A DNA stretch of 64,000 nucleotides from an uncultured virus (IMG/VR IMGVR_UViG_3300026167_000080) (taxonomy: Duplodnaviria > Heunggongvirae > Uroviricota > Caudoviricetes), in the IMG/VR virus record IMGVR_UViG_3300026167_000080, one strand, 5' to 3'. Shown here piece after piece: positions 1 to 12,000 of the stretch. Both the position numbers and the translations under genes were made by a program. Positions within the stretch are counted from its first letter, which is position 1, and every line of letters begins with the position of its first letter. The notes beneath the pieces were generated by a model. The model made no database searches. It was not told the DNA's origin and saw only the letters and a program-made list of their open reading frames with translations.

Positions 1-329
1 GCATTAATTTTATCTCCATAAATATCTATAACTTTGCATGTATCCAATCCTAAATCCTCTTTAAATATGGTTATGGCAGGATAGTAATCATGAAGTAGTA
101 TAAAATCTCTCCACTCATAAAGGCTACTCATATTCTCTGATTCTTTAATTAAAGAATAAGCTAACTGGGCTTCACGATAAAACAAGTATAGAATCTGGGC
201 ACTTTTAAATATGGAATCATCAAGATGTATCATGTCTTTACAAAGACTTTCAAAGTCCTGGAAGTCTTGGAAGTCCTGAAGGTTTTGAAAGCCTTTGATA
301 TCATTGGGATTCATAGTGTTTATGCTCAT
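1..329 (-). CDS. hypothetical protein, 3'-truncated at window edge
   Basis: Open frame from ATG at 329 (MSINTMNPNDIKGFQNLQDFQDFQDFESL...) running off position 1; same strand as neighbours. Confidence 0.6.
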   Translation of the reverse strand, partial: MSINTMNPNDIKGFQNLQDFQDFQDFESLCKDMIHLDDSIFKSAQILYLFYREAQLAYSLIKESENMSSLYEWRDFILLHDYYPAITIFKEDLGLDTCKVIDIYGDKIN

Positions 330-349
330 ACAGTTGTCTTCTTCTATTA

Positions 350-754
350 TTAAAATCTATTATTGTACGCATTATGGATAATCCTCTTGCAATCATTAGA
401 ATCAAGTAATCTAGCTAATCTTCTGCTTCTTCTACAAAACAAAGGGATTAACACTTCTTCATTATCTAATATATACATACCTAACCAAATATTAGGTGCT
501 CTCACAAATAAATCAAATCTATTTAAATCGTATATAGCTTGATCTATATGACTCTTGAGATTTAAGAAAATACTTGATGACAATAAAAGTGAAATCCATT
601 CTAAAGCTATTATTGCAATAAGTAAAACTGCTCTATCTTCAAAATAAAATACATTTAATGTCAGTAGTACCAAACCAATAAAACTAGTCAATACTAATAA
701 CAAAGATGCTAACAATTTCAATCTAGTTCTATTCCTATAGATAATCTCTTTCAT
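350..754 (-). CDS. hypothetical membrane protein (2 TM)
   Basis: 134 aa ORF with two hydrophobic stretches. Confidence 0.6.
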   Translation of the reverse strand: MKEIIYRNRTRLKLLASLLLVLTSFIGLVLLTLNVFYFEDRAVLLIAIIALEWISLLLSSSIFLNLKSHIDQAIYDLNRFDLFVRAPNIWLGMYILDNEEVLIPLFCRRSRRLARLLDSNDCKRIIHNAYNNRF

Positions 755-877
755 ACACTTCTACTATTTACACTTAAATAAATCTTTAGTCTCAATCTGA
801 ATCTTTATGGGATATACTATTGATCTTCTTATTTAACTTGGTCGCTTAGTATATTGTTAAGGTTCTTACTAAACTAA

Positions 878-1243
878 TTAGTTAAATGCATTGTTGAAAA
901 AATGTAAGATATAATCTTTAATGATGTGAAATACATGCTTATCTGCTTCTTCTTGACCTTCATTTTTACATGCTTCTTTATAAGCTCTTTCTGATTGTAA
1001 AATATGACGCTTAGAAGCAGTTTCAAAGATCATAGATATATACCAATCATGATCTGTTTGGCAGTACTGAGGGTATTGATCATATAAAGACTCAAAAAGG
1101 TCAACTTCAGTTCTAGTCAACTCGAATACGGTACCGTCTCTATTGTCCCATATATAATAATTCTCTTTTCCTGAATCACCGACATAACAAACCAAACTAT
1201 ATTCTTCTGAAGAATGTTCTATCATCTTACTAAAATAAATCAA
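878..1243 (-). CDS. hypothetical protein
   Basis: 121 aa ORF, co-oriented. Confidence 0.55.
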   Translation of the reverse strand: MIYFSKMIEHSSEEYSLVCYVGDSGKENYYIWDNRDGTVFELTRTEVDLFESLYDQYPQYCQTDHDWYISMIFETASKRHILQSERAYKEACKNEGQEEADKHVFHIIKDYILHFFNNAFN

Positions 1244-1338
1244 CTCTGACTATTTGTTTACAAACAAGTTTAGTAACTAAACTATATTACTAAACGTAAC
1301 CACTGGGGTTTATAAAAATCTCAGTTGTACTTAATATC

Positions 1339-2040
1339 CTAAGATTCTTCTACAAATTTCATCAACTCTTTATTTCTCCTTTCATTGCCTAAGTTGAATA
1401 TAGGTACTGAATAAGAAGTAGCTATTCTTATAGCCGTACCAGTACCACCGGTCTCTCTAGTCGTAAGGTCTCCATGTTCTACTCCGTCTTTGGTGTAGCA
1501 AAGCACTAAATCAGATTTAGATTGTAAATCTAAACCTAAAATTTGAAATGTATTCCTTATTAACAATCTTTTAGTCTTTATATTTAATCTATCAAAGATT
1601 GGATGATGCTTTCTAGCTATATCTGTAGCTAAACTCCAAGTAACCTTTAAATACCTTTTACTTATACTCTTATATTCTTCTCTTTCGTCCTTCTCATCCG
1701 ATAATTTATTATCAAATTCTCTCCATAAACCTCCAGGTTTTTCGTCTTTATTCACTTTTGGATTCCTTACTTTGTAGTGATACGCAGTGTAAATCTCTAA
1801 TCCCGATTTGGTATTCTTTAACGTATCCTCAAATATCTTGTCAGAACCTATAGCATTTCCTGACCTGAGAATTAACTTGAATCTATTTCCTAATTTATAA
1901 GAAATTAGTGTGATTAAATTAGTTATATCGGCTGGGCACTTCCTGGCACCAATACCAGTTAAAATTAAAGGCCTATCTTCAGTTAGTATTTGGCTTATAT
2001 AAGACTCGAAGTGTAAATGTTTCTTAACTTTAATGTTCAT
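1339..2040 (-). CDS. SLOG/DprA-like (Smf-type) protein
   Basis: TGIGAR, LRSGNAIGSD and TGGTGTAIRIA motifs typical of phage SLOG/DprA-like proteins. Confidence 0.7.
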   Translation of the reverse strand: MNIKVKKHLHFESYISQILTEDRPLILTGIGARKCPADITNLITLISYKLGNRFKLILRSGNAIGSDKIFEDTLKNTKSGLEIYTAYHYKVRNPKVNKDEKPGGLWREFDNKLSDEKDEREEYKSISKRYLKVTWSLATDIARKHHPIFDRLNIKTKRLLIRNTFQILGLDLQSKSDLVLCYTKDGVEHGDLTTRETGGTGTAIRIATSYSVPIFNLGNERRNKELMKFVEES

Positions 2041-2325
2041 CTCAAAATCTTTAGTAATGCCTAAACGTAATTAGTTTATACTTATGCGAAGTAAGTGATT
2101 CATATCAGGACTACTATCTTAAAAGCAAGAAAGAGTAAATTCGAGCCGCTTCCTGTGCAGGCGGAGGACAGCCTATAGTTAATAGTTAAGTTATACATCA
2201 ATCTATTAGTTTATTAATATTCTATTTATTAATTGAGAATATAGATTTATAAATATACTTTCATAGTTAGACTTCCATAGTTAGACTACTGAATATATTC
2301 ATAAATCTATTTCGTCTTTAGCTAG

Positions 2326-2718
2326 TTATGGTTCCAATGCCTGTAAATCCGCTTTTAATTGCTCCAAAGATTTACTATGAAGTGCCTCCTCTTCTTTATC
2401 AGCAATAACAGCTAGCAGTTTCATTCTTAGAGCCTTAACCTCTCTTCGTTTATCCCTGCGTCTTTGTTCCTCTACCTTGTAATTAATGATATGAACAACA
2501 ATATTAAGTTGTAAGCGAAGAGGGTCACTTGGTTTAGTAGATTCGGTAGGAATAAAACTTTCTTCTTGTAAGCCCTTTAACTCATGATTTATAGCTTTAG
2601 CTATATCGTTTAAACTTTGAAGACTTAAAGTCCATAAGTCTTCAGTACTGACAATACCTTTATCAGTACGGAACCGAATTCGTTCTCTTGATGCTTGTTC
2701 GAATATATTAGTATCCAT
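2326..2718 (-). CDS. conserved phage-type hypothetical protein (coiled coil)
   Basis: NIFEQASR..RF...G.VSTEDLW.L N-terminus resembles a family common in large phages, usually next to the following gene. Confidence 0.6.
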   Translation of the reverse strand: MDTNIFEQASRERIRFRTDKGIVSTEDLWTLSLQSLNDIAKAINHELKGLQEESFIPTESTKPSDPLRLQLNIVVHIINYKVEEQRRRDKRREVKALRMKLLAVIADKEEEALHSKSLEQLKADLQALEP

Positions 2719-2790
2719 TGTTACTTTTATGAATTTGACACAAACAATTGATAAACCTAAAACTATTAAAGGCTATTAATTGAAATGAAA

Positions 2791-4824
2791 TTAATCAATA
2801 ACGACTTTAAAGACTTTAGCTTTATTGTCTTTAGAGACTTTACAAATAAAGCTATTTTGTAGAGTAGATGAGAATCCTAACCCATGTAATGGAATTCCTT
2901 TAGGTTCTTTTACTTTTAACTTATTACTAATAGCTTCAAAGATTCTCTTATGGTCAGTTAATAATTCCTCTTTTAAGAATTCATTGAAGAAAGGTTTTAC
3001 ATTAGATTCCTCTTGATCTCTAACACATTCATTTAAGAAAAAGAAGAAGTGTTTATTTCCTATTTTATTACTCCAATAATTGGGAGATAGTAACAAATTA
3101 TTTACCTTATGAAATCTATTAGTACCTAAACCCCATATCTTTTTAGAATTTAATTTAGAAGACTTAAGATTTAAATCTATCTTCTCTTGGATGGAAAATC
3201 CAGATTTCTTACTATAATTTACTAGAGCTACTTCAACTTCTTGACCTTCGTTAATTCGTTTATCATGGTGAAAAGTATGTGTTTTACCATCAAATTCTAT
3301 TTCTACAGTAAAACCTATATCTATTGTTTCTCTAGGTTTAAAGTTAGTAACTCTTATTAAATAAGAACCTTCTAGTAAATTAGCATTATAAGGGTAGATA
3401 ATATTCTCTACAGCAGATCTTGTATTAGCTCTCACATTCATATCAACATCTAAGGACCCTTTAGTTATAATTGACCTACGATTTGCGTAGTAAATCAACT
3501 GGCCGTTAGGTTCAATTATGCTAATGTCTAAATCGTCATAATTATGCCAACTTAAAGAAGCTCTTAATAATCCTTCTACTTTACCTCCAGCCCTTTTAAC
3601 CCTTTCTTTTATAGAGTCAGCTGTCGATCCTCTGTAACACCATGAGAAGTTGTTGTCCCATTTAAATAAACCAGGAGCTTTACAATCCTCAGCAGTAATT
3701 AATGACACAAAATTATTAATATGAGATTCTTGTAATAGTACTTCTAAAGACATAGCTTTAGGTAACATATTTGTAATGAAATCTTCAATTTGAATATTCT
3801 CAGCTTTATTAAAACTAAGAGGATTTTCAATAATATCCTTGCTTAGAGAATCGAATATATCTCCCTGCTCTAAATAACTTCTATCAGTAAAGATAATATT
3901 GTCTAATTCTAGATCATCCATAATTGCATAACGACGATCTAAAGCTGATGTTAATCCTAACTTTTCTATAGTATCTTTAGCTTTATTTAAAGTAGTCGTA
4001 GTAACAATTGGATTAGGTCTCTTATAGTTAGAAGGGGCCATTACTGTTTCAAAAGCCTTGACAGCTTTTTCAAGATCCATATCTGAACTCAAGTTTATTA
4101 ATAATGTCCCAATAGCAGTATTACGTATACGGGATAAAAATGGACTTAAAGTTGAGTTCTTCCAATAGAAGTTATGTCTTAATTCATCTGGACATTCTTT
4201 ATGCTTATTCTTTAAAGAATAAAAAGTATTTACTAATTTCTTAAACTCATTTCCTCTATATAAATTGTTAGATTCAATTAAATCTAAAGTTTGCTCCACA
4301 GCCTCATCAGATATAGATTCTAATGACCTTCTTAATACAGATTTAGAAGTAATAGCCTCACCCATTTTTCTTGATAACGATAGGTGGCTATCATTAAAAA
4401 TATAGCTCTTAGAAGAAGTAGCCATTTGAATAAACAGATGATGCCATAATGTTCGATCCATACTGTAGTTCTGACTAGTACCTAAAGCAATACGATTGGT
4501 CAAAAATAAACTATTGACCTTTTTACTGGTCACAAGCTTATCCAATTCTTTAAATACTTCTTTATAATAATCCTCTACACCTTCTAATTCCATATCCCAT
4601 ATGGACTGTAAAGTATAATCCTCTTTAATAAATACAAGATTTCCATAATTATGTAAAAAGGATTTACATGCGTTACAGTTATTTATCTTTTGTTCTTCTT
4701 TAGGAAAGCTTTGTATATAACAATCCCATATCTCTCCTTTATTAACATCGGTTAGAAATACGAAAGTATTCTCCGCAAGGTTTATAAAGTTTCTACTTAA
4801 CTGATTTTTGACTAACTTAAACAT
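2791..4824 (-). CDS. conserved large-phage hypothetical protein (CxxC; YfaP/DUF2135-like SLSWxNxDDLD segment)
   Basis: 677 aa; NCNACKSF, RASLSWHNYDDLDI, GSLDVDMN, AVENI. Confidence 0.65.
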   Translation of the reverse strand: MFKLVKNQLSRNFINLAENTFVFLTDVNKGEIWDCYIQSFPKEEQKINNCNACKSFLHNYGNLVFIKEDYTLQSIWDMELEGVEDYYKEVFKELDKLVTSKKVNSLFLTNRIALGTSQNYSMDRTLWHHLFIQMATSSKSYIFNDSHLSLSRKMGEAITSKSVLRRSLESISDEAVEQTLDLIESNNLYRGNEFKKLVNTFYSLKNKHKECPDELRHNFYWKNSTLSPFLSRIRNTAIGTLLINLSSDMDLEKAVKAFETVMAPSNYKRPNPIVTTTTLNKAKDTIEKLGLTSALDRRYAIMDDLELDNIIFTDRSYLEQGDIFDSLSKDIIENPLSFNKAENIQIEDFITNMLPKAMSLEVLLQESHINNFVSLITAEDCKAPGLFKWDNNFSWCYRGSTADSIKERVKRAGGKVEGLLRASLSWHNYDDLDISIIEPNGQLIYYANRRSIITKGSLDVDMNVRANTRSAVENIIYPYNANLLEGSYLIRVTNFKPRETIDIGFTVEIEFDGKTHTFHHDKRINEGQEVEVALVNYSKKSGFSIQEKIDLNLKSSKLNSKKIWGLGTNRFHKVNNLLLSPNYWSNKIGNKHFFFFLNECVRDQEESNVKPFFNEFLKEELLTDHKRIFEAISNKLKVKEPKGIPLHGLGFSSTLQNSFICKVSKDNKAKVFKVVID

Positions 4825-4992
4825 TTTACCTTTAACCTATTGTTAACTAGTTAATTATCCTAATACTCTGCTCTTATACTTTTTGTACTCTTTTTATATT
4901 TACCCAATACAAAATAAAGGAAGACAAGGCAAAATAGAATAAACTATAATACCTTGTCTTTTTATGATCATTATAAACTTCGTATTAAATAC

Positions 4993-5838
4993 CTAGTCAA
5001 TAATGGTGCACTGTCCTAACCTCTCAATCTTTGAGATTGTTCTTGTTAGAGAAGGCAATAAGTCTTTACCATTGTAACTACTTACAATAGTATTACCTTG
5101 TTGATAAGCTATCCTATCAAATTCTCCATGTTTAATAAATGTTTGAGCTTCTCTTAGTAGAGATAAATGTTCTCTATACAAATAAGCAGGAGTTGAAGTG
5201 ATATTAAGTAGAGGACGAACTATCATTCTCCACAAGATCTTATCTTGTATTAAAAATGATTCCTCATTGGGTTTAGGAACTTTGAATGTGTCAGGCCAAT
5301 TAGCATTAGGCCATAATTCACTACAAGTCTTATAATTGCTAATTGAAGGTTCTATTTTTATACCATAAGCATAAACCTCCTCTCGTAGACTTATCCAAGC
5401 TTCTTTCACCGGTAACTTGTATTTGATATTAAGCTCATCTAATTTTAGTATTACTGCTTCAGGATTGTATCTATCTGTAATTACTTTTAAAGAACATTTA
5501 TTCTCTCCCTCCTGTGTAAATTCACAATAAGGATTGAATCTTTTATAATTCGGAGTCTTAAAAGTCCCTACTAGACTACATAATGTAATTAATGACTCCT
5601 TGGTTAATCCATAACCTTCTAAGAATAAATTGTCTGTTATTACATTATCCCAGCAATCTGTGAATACATCATCTCTATAACTTAATGTAATAGGAAAGTC
5701 TTCTTCAACTTTTAATCCATCAACTTCTTCTATTTGGTATATTTCAATATTCCAACTATATACTTCTAGACATTGATAGAACTTAATTTTTAATCTAAAT
5801 TCAAAGCCGGAATTTATTAAACAATACTGGGTTTCCAT
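4993..5838 (-). CDS. hypothetical protein
   Basis: 281 aa ORF. Confidence 0.65.
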   Translation of the reverse strand: METQYCLINSGFEFRLKIKFYQCLEVYSWNIEIYQIEEVDGLKVEEDFPITLSYRDDVFTDCWDNVITDNLFLEGYGLTKESLITLCSLVGTFKTPNYKRFNPYCEFTQEGENKCSLKVITDRYNPEAVILKLDELNIKYKLPVKEAWISLREEVYAYGIKIEPSISNYKTCSELWPNANWPDTFKVPKPNEESFLIQDKILWRMIVRPLLNITSTPAYLYREHLSLLREAQTFIKHGEFDRIAYQQGNTIVSSYNGKDLLPSLTRTISKIERLGQCTIID

Positions 5839-5899
5839 AAATAATATAAATCCTCTAACCGTAAGTTAACACATGTGTGTGTATGAGCCCTTTTCCCTT

Positions 5900-6271
5900 T
5901 TAACTATTTAATTGATAGTGATAAATGGGCATCTCAATTTCATTGGAATCCATTGGCTCAGAACTGACTTCTAATAAAGCAATACCTTCCTGATTATCTT
6001 CGCGAATTCTTAAAGATTTTACCTTTAAACTTACAAGGATATCGTATTCATCAATATCTCTTAGATATACGTTAAAGAATTTATTGGCACAAGTAGGTGA
6101 AACATATAATGTGCACGTATCTCACTCTACATCTATATCAAATATTTGTAAAGATATAATAATGTTATTCTTTAACCAATAAGCAATTTCTTCTTTATTA
6201 TTGAAAATTAATGTCCATTCATTTTTATTAGTAAATCTAACCAGAAGTTTCTCTCCATTAGAATAAGGCAT
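5900..6271 (-). pseudogene. ORF with one internal TGA (pseudogene, read-through or sequence error)
   Basis: GGAGG RBS then ATG at 6271; frame open to TAA at 5900-5902 except TGA at 6122-6124 (codon 50). Confidence 0.55.
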
Positions 6272-6461
6272 TTAATTCCTCCATATAATCAATAATAATG
6301 ACCCTTTCTTTTCCTTTCCTTCCTTATTCATTTCATCTTATATTTGATAAGAAAGTCTCTTCACAATAAATATACCTAAATAAAAATTATTATTAGATTT
6401 ATCTAATATAAAGAGACTGTCTTAGCTTATAAAGACTCCCATTGAAGTTAAGCTTATTTAT

Positions 6462-7343
6462 CTAAACTGTCTTATTCAATATAGTCAACAACTTAGCTCT
6501 ATAAGCGTCCCTACCCTTTTTGAAGGCTTCGTTTAACAATTTACTAATGGTCTCAGCTTCATATTTATCCTTTGTAGTCAATAATCTTTCCCCTTCATAA
6601 TTAATATCTTCATTAGATATTAGAATAAGGTTCGTTCCATCATAAGCAACTCCTTCTATAAGAGGATAGCCTAAAGGTATATAGTAATTATCGTTAGATC
6701 TAGATATAACCCATTCTTCGATTCTATATACTGTAGTGGGATGGCCTATCTTTAACTGAAGCTGCTCATTAACTTCAAAAGGATAAGGACATAGAGGTTG
6801 GTTACTAATATGACCTTTCCCTTCTAATTCTTCTATTCCTATATATGAATGAAACTCTAATTCTTGTTTCATTGAATTAGAAGTTACATTAGCTTTTGAC
6901 AATAAAGCATTTACTAGTTCCTTTCCCTCTTGTCTACCTAGATTATCTCTTTGACTTAATCTATTAATTATTCGATTTTTATTCTCGTAGTTAATTTCAC
7001 AATTAAAAATATTAATCGAATTGGTAATAATGACATCCAAAACTTTATTTAAATCCTGGGCTATTAAAATACCTTCTTCTAAGGAATCAACTTTATACCT
7101 CTTATAAAAAGAATAAAATTCACCAAAACATTCTATATAAAACTCTGGCTCATTCTTTATGTCCTTTACATCCTGTTGAGGATAATCAACAACCATTGGA
7201 TTTAAAAGATATTGTGAATCTACCGGCTCTTGATAAGCATGCCATAGTAAATTCTTAGTAAAGTAAACATTATTATTTCTTAGAAACTCTCTTGTCTTGT
7301 CTGATAGTAAATACTTTAATACATTAGACGGTAATTTAAACAT
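6462..7343 (-). CDS. hypothetical protein
   Basis: 293 aa ORF with GGGGAG RBS. Confidence 0.7.
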   Translation of the reverse strand: MFKLPSNVLKYLLSDKTREFLRNNNVYFTKNLLWHAYQEPVDSQYLLNPMVVDYPQQDVKDIKNEPEFYIECFGEFYSFYKRYKVDSLEEGILIAQDLNKVLDVIITNSINIFNCEINYENKNRIINRLSQRDNLGRQEGKELVNALLSKANVTSNSMKQELEFHSYIGIEELEGKGHISNQPLCPYPFEVNEQLQLKIGHPTTVYRIEEWVISRSNDNYYIPLGYPLIEGVAYDGTNLILISNEDINYEGERLLTTKDKYEAETISKLLNEAFKKGRDAYRAKLLTILNKTV

Positions 7344-7713
7344 AACTTACTCCCCTACTATCCTGTCTTTAGCTTTTTCCTATATTAATTATTAAACCAT
7401 TTTTCCTCTTATTCTTTAAGTAAGAAAAATGGTTTAATTCTTTTGTACTTAGTTAATCATTATCAGATTCTAAAAACTCAATCTCTAGCATTACTAACCA
7501 ACTTAATTCATTGATATAATCGATAATTGATTGAATGGTCATGATTTAGCTCCTAGCTGTTAAATACGGTTATATAAGTTAAATCAAGCTGATACGTAAT
7601 AATAGATGATTCACATACAAATAGTAGAAAGGAACTATACAAAGCTTAGACTAGAACACATAAAGTTATGTAATGGAGAGTAAACATGTCTAATTAAACT
7701 GAAACGTTAACGA

Positions 7714-8022
7714 TTAAACTAATTCAGCTTTTACCTTTCTAGCCAACAAACAATTTTTAATAGTTAATGCATTCCTATAATTTCCTTCATAGACTATAGC
7801 ATGCCCTTTCTCTCTTATTACTTTTACTTTTTCGATAGCATTTGAAAGACCTATAGATGTACATTCGGATATTATATGGCTAAAATCAAGGTCTGTTAAG
7901 TTTATATTATTAAATACCTTTACTTTGGAAATCTCTTCTTCCTTATCAGGACTTTTACTATAGAGTCTGTTTAATGCTTCTACTTCAGGTGTAGTTGTAT
8001 AAACCATATCAATTTCAATCAT
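7714..8022 (-). CDS. ClpS-like adaptor homologue (degenerate N-degron pocket)
   Basis: KVKVFNN...IREKGHAIVYEG...L aligns by eye with ClpS YKVIxLNDD...VHxxGxAIV. Confidence 0.55.
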   Translation of the reverse strand: MIEIDMVYTTTPEVEALNRLYSKSPDKEEEISKVKVFNNINLTDLDFSHIISECTSIGLSNAIEKVKVIREKGHAIVYEGNYRNALTIKNCLLARKVKAELV

Positions 8023-8383
8023 TGTTTTTATTTATAAATCTTTTTTACTTTACTTGATAGAACTAAAATCTATTACAAAATGAAAATGCCTTAATAACTT
8101 CTATTACAACTTCTTTTGGCTTAATCTTTAACTTACTATTTAAACTTATATTAAATGTTTCGTTTATATGAATCATATCTAGATAGATTAATCACTTTAT
8201 TAAAGTTCAATTATAAATCTTTAATTCATACAATTATTAAGATTAAATAAAACTGTTTGATAGAAGTTATTATAGACTATTTCATTATTACTCACTCTCT
8301 TGATTCTTTTCTTTATCCTAATCCTAGCTTGTTATCTAATGATATAAAACTAATTTATTGAAAGGATTTAAATAAAGAAAGAA

Positions 8384-8833
8384 TTATTCTAATGAGATAC
8401 ACCTGTCATTCTTTTTAGGAACACAAGCTCGAATACCTTCGTACTCTCTTATAACATTAATAAATCCACTTTTATTAACGCAATGAACTCCTTCCTTTCC
8501 TATCCCAAATATGGATAGGCAACCGTTAACAACTGAAATACTAGAGGGATGTAATTCCCGTAAACAAGAATAATCATCACTATTACTAGCTCTGTCAGCT
8601 TTATCTTGTTTATTCTCTTTAGCTTTTATTAAAGCTAATAATAAATTAAGAAATGACTTAGCCTCTTCTTCTACGAATTGTATTACTACATTACTTAGAA
8701 AGCTTAAGTCATCTAAATTTATAAAGTAATTGTAAACTTCCTCATCAGAAGGTATTTCATAAACCTTCTGGCAGAAATACGCTTGACGCACGAACTCTTC
8801 TACGTCCATGTTTAAATTCTTCTTATCTAGCAT
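8384..8833 (-). CDS. hypothetical protein
   Basis: 149 aa ORF. Confidence 0.6.
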   Translation of the reverse strand: MLDKKNLNMDVEEFVRQAYFCQKVYEIPSDEEVYNYFINLDDLSFLSNVVIQFVEEEAKSFLNLLLALIKAKENKQDKADRASNSDDYSCLRELHPSSISVVNGCLSIFGIGKEGVHCVNKSGFINVIREYEGIRACVPKKNDRCISLE

Positions 8834-8900
8834 AAAACCATTTCCTTTTTATCCGACTGAATCCTTTTATTTTTATTAGTGAAATTCATTAGATTGACAT

Positions 8901-8911
8901 ACTCCTCACAC
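8901..8911 (+). promoter_or_regulatory. exact match to cyanobacterial Yfr1 conserved motif ACTCCTCACAC (complementary site on minus strand)
   Basis: ACTCCTCACAC at 8901-8911; minus strand reads GTGTGAGGAGT-ATG-TCA-ATC-TAA. Confidence 0.3.
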
Positions 8912-9049
8912 CTTTTCATTAACATTTTAGTCTTTAAATACTTGATTAAAGTAACCTTAATCTTTAATCTCTTCAATAACAATTTAGTGTTACTAGATGA
9001 TTTAGATAATAGGATGGGTAAGGAGAATTAGCTAATTAAACTAAATCTT

Positions 9050-12000
9050 TTAACTCCTTTTAGCTATATCAAATTCTATTTTATCTTCATCCTCCCATTC
9101 TTTAGGTATAGCAATAGGTTTAGAGAAAATATATCCTTGTATATCATTACACCCTAATTCCTGTAATAAATCTAGTTGACTTGTACTATCTACTCCTTCA
9201 GCTACTACATCTAAATACAAAGTATGTGCTAATCCAATAATAGCTTTAATAAATCTAATACTCTTTTTATCTAAATCAAATTCTTTTATAAATTTCCTAT
9301 CAATCTTTAATACATCTATAGGTAATTGACTTACATAACATAGTGATGAATATTTCATACCAAAATCATCTAAATAGATTTTCAATCCCATATCTCTTAA
9401 AGCAGTTAAAAATAGTTTACAATGGGAAAGATTATCAATCGCAATACTTTCTGTAACCTCAATCCCTAAATTAGGAATTAACTCTTTATTCCAATACCTT
9501 GTTATATTATCCGTTAATTGTCTCGCATTAGAATTAGTGAGAAAATGGTTCCCACTTACATTAATATTCAATCCTATGGGTTTATAGCCTTTTTCCATCC
9601 TTTTCTTATTAAGATTACCTATTAATTTAAAAGCTTTCTTCATTACTTCTAAATCTAAATATATTATCATTCCTGTCTGTTCTCCTACTTGAATGAATTC
9701 TTCTGATAATCTTAATGATTTGTTATTCTCTTCATCTAGTATTGTATATCTCATTAACGCCTCCACATAAATCATCTGTCTAGTAGAAACGTCTACAATA
9801 GGTTGAAATAATACTTCTATCTGCTCATCATCACTTTTAACTATATTGTTAATACGGGCTTCTTCAGTTAGAAGAATATTTAATTTATCTGATATACGTT
9901 GGGTATAATTAACTACTTGCAAGTTCTCTTTCTTCGATTCATTTAAGGCTAAACTTGCTTCTGATAATAACTTTTCACTAAATTTAATATACTCTTTAAA
10001 ACATTGCTCTGGACCATTTTTAGTGTTATCATCTTTCTTTACACAATATTGGGTATCTAAATGGCTAGTACCTATATTACATTCTAAATAGACCTGATAT
10101 CTGCTGTCATTAACTTTTATTAGAAAGGGGACTTCAGTTATAGCTAATATTTTGTCGATTATATTTTGGATCTCTTGATCTTCATGATCTAGTAATATAA
10201 AAGCGAATTCATTAGACTCTATATGTAATAACTTGATTCTATCTTTATTAAAATCGCATATTAATTTTAATCTACCAGCTAGTTCTTTAATCAGTTTATC
10301 GCCAATAGATCTGCCATAATTGTCGCTATATAACTTAAATCTTTTTATACTTAAAAGTAATAAACTAACTTTATTACCAAACAGATTACACATGTCTCTC
10401 TCTAGCCAGGTCCAATTAGGTAAGGATGTTAAACTATTTATTCTGTACCTTTCTATGAAAGATGAACTACTGTTAAAGATAACTGCATACCCTTTGAACT
10501 CTTTATCGTTACATCTAATATGATTAGATATATCAATATTTTCCTGTCTTCTTGTATATAAAGTAATTATATTTATCAGATTATCTTCTGATAATTCTTC
10601 TTCATTAACTTTACTAGGTATATCATAAGGCGTCTCAACAATTTTTATATCCTTTTCATCTTTATCTGTACTCCCTTCCTCTATCTGATTGCAATATGAC
10701 TCTCTATTGTCAGATTCAGTAATAAAATCAAATAAGCATTTGTATTCCTTTTTAAAGTAATATTTATTATTTCTGCTATATACGTAATTCTCGCCTGCTG
10801 CGTTTATTAATATGACTTCTTTATCTGAGTTCAATACCACTAAAGCATCATCACTTATTCTCAATAAACTCTTAATATTGTCATATATTAATTCATCAAT
10901 TGAACTAATATCTTTTTCGCTCTTGTCTAACCTTTCATCACTAGCTTTATTATTAATATGCTGTGATATAAAAGGCCAATAAACTCCATTTCTTATATCT
11001 ATAACATCAGAGCTACTAAAGTCTTTAATATTACTTAGATTTCTGTATTTATATTTCTTGCCAATCGTCTTTGTAATTATTCTATTATCGCTCTCTTCAT
11101 AAATATAAGTATTTGTACAAATGTCTCCAATAAACCAAATATCATTTGAACTATTTGGATTAGCATTGTTGACTTTATGTTTAGCAAAATTTACCTGTAA
11201 CTCTAAAGGATTTATATAAGGGTAAATATTATAAGCCGGTAGGACACCATTAAAAGTACAAGTCTCTTTTAATAGCTTTAAGTGTTTTATATAAGACTTT
11301 AAGCCAAACAAATATAAATCTGAATTTACTGATTCTCTATTGTTTGAAAAAGCTTTTTCATTCGGATTATATGTATGACTTTCTAAAAGGCTGATACTAC
11401 TACTATTTAATACTTTCTCTTGCTCTTGCTCTTGCTTTTCCTTTTCTTCTTCTAAATTTCTATAATCTAATCCTCTATGTTTATCATTTTTATCATGTTT
11501 ATCTACATAATTAGATTTGTATCGGACAGCTACATTACTGACCAGTATACTCACTGCTAATTCTAGATCTCTTATGTCTCTATATAACAATTTATAAACA
11601 TTGTTACCAATTAAAGACGAATTGTTATTTATGTAAACATAATCTTTATTTATATACTTATAGGTCCTGAAATACTGCCATTGACCTGAAGATAATCCTA
11701 GTAAACATAAAATTAAATCTATATCTTCTAATCTCCCAATTCTTAAGGCCTCTTCAAAGTCGTCAACTATTATTAACTTAGCCCCTAAAGCTAACATGTC
11801 CCGCTTTAATTTATCTTCTCTTTCAGTATCTATATCTCTAATTATCAATAAACAAACTATTGACTTCTTATAGCTGATATTAACTTTGTCTTTAATATCT
11901 TCACTAAATTCACCTTTCTCATAACGAGGTTTAGAATTAGACGTGGCTTTAAACGTAGAGCTTATAGTCGGGATATAAGAAGATTTGGTATTTAATATAT

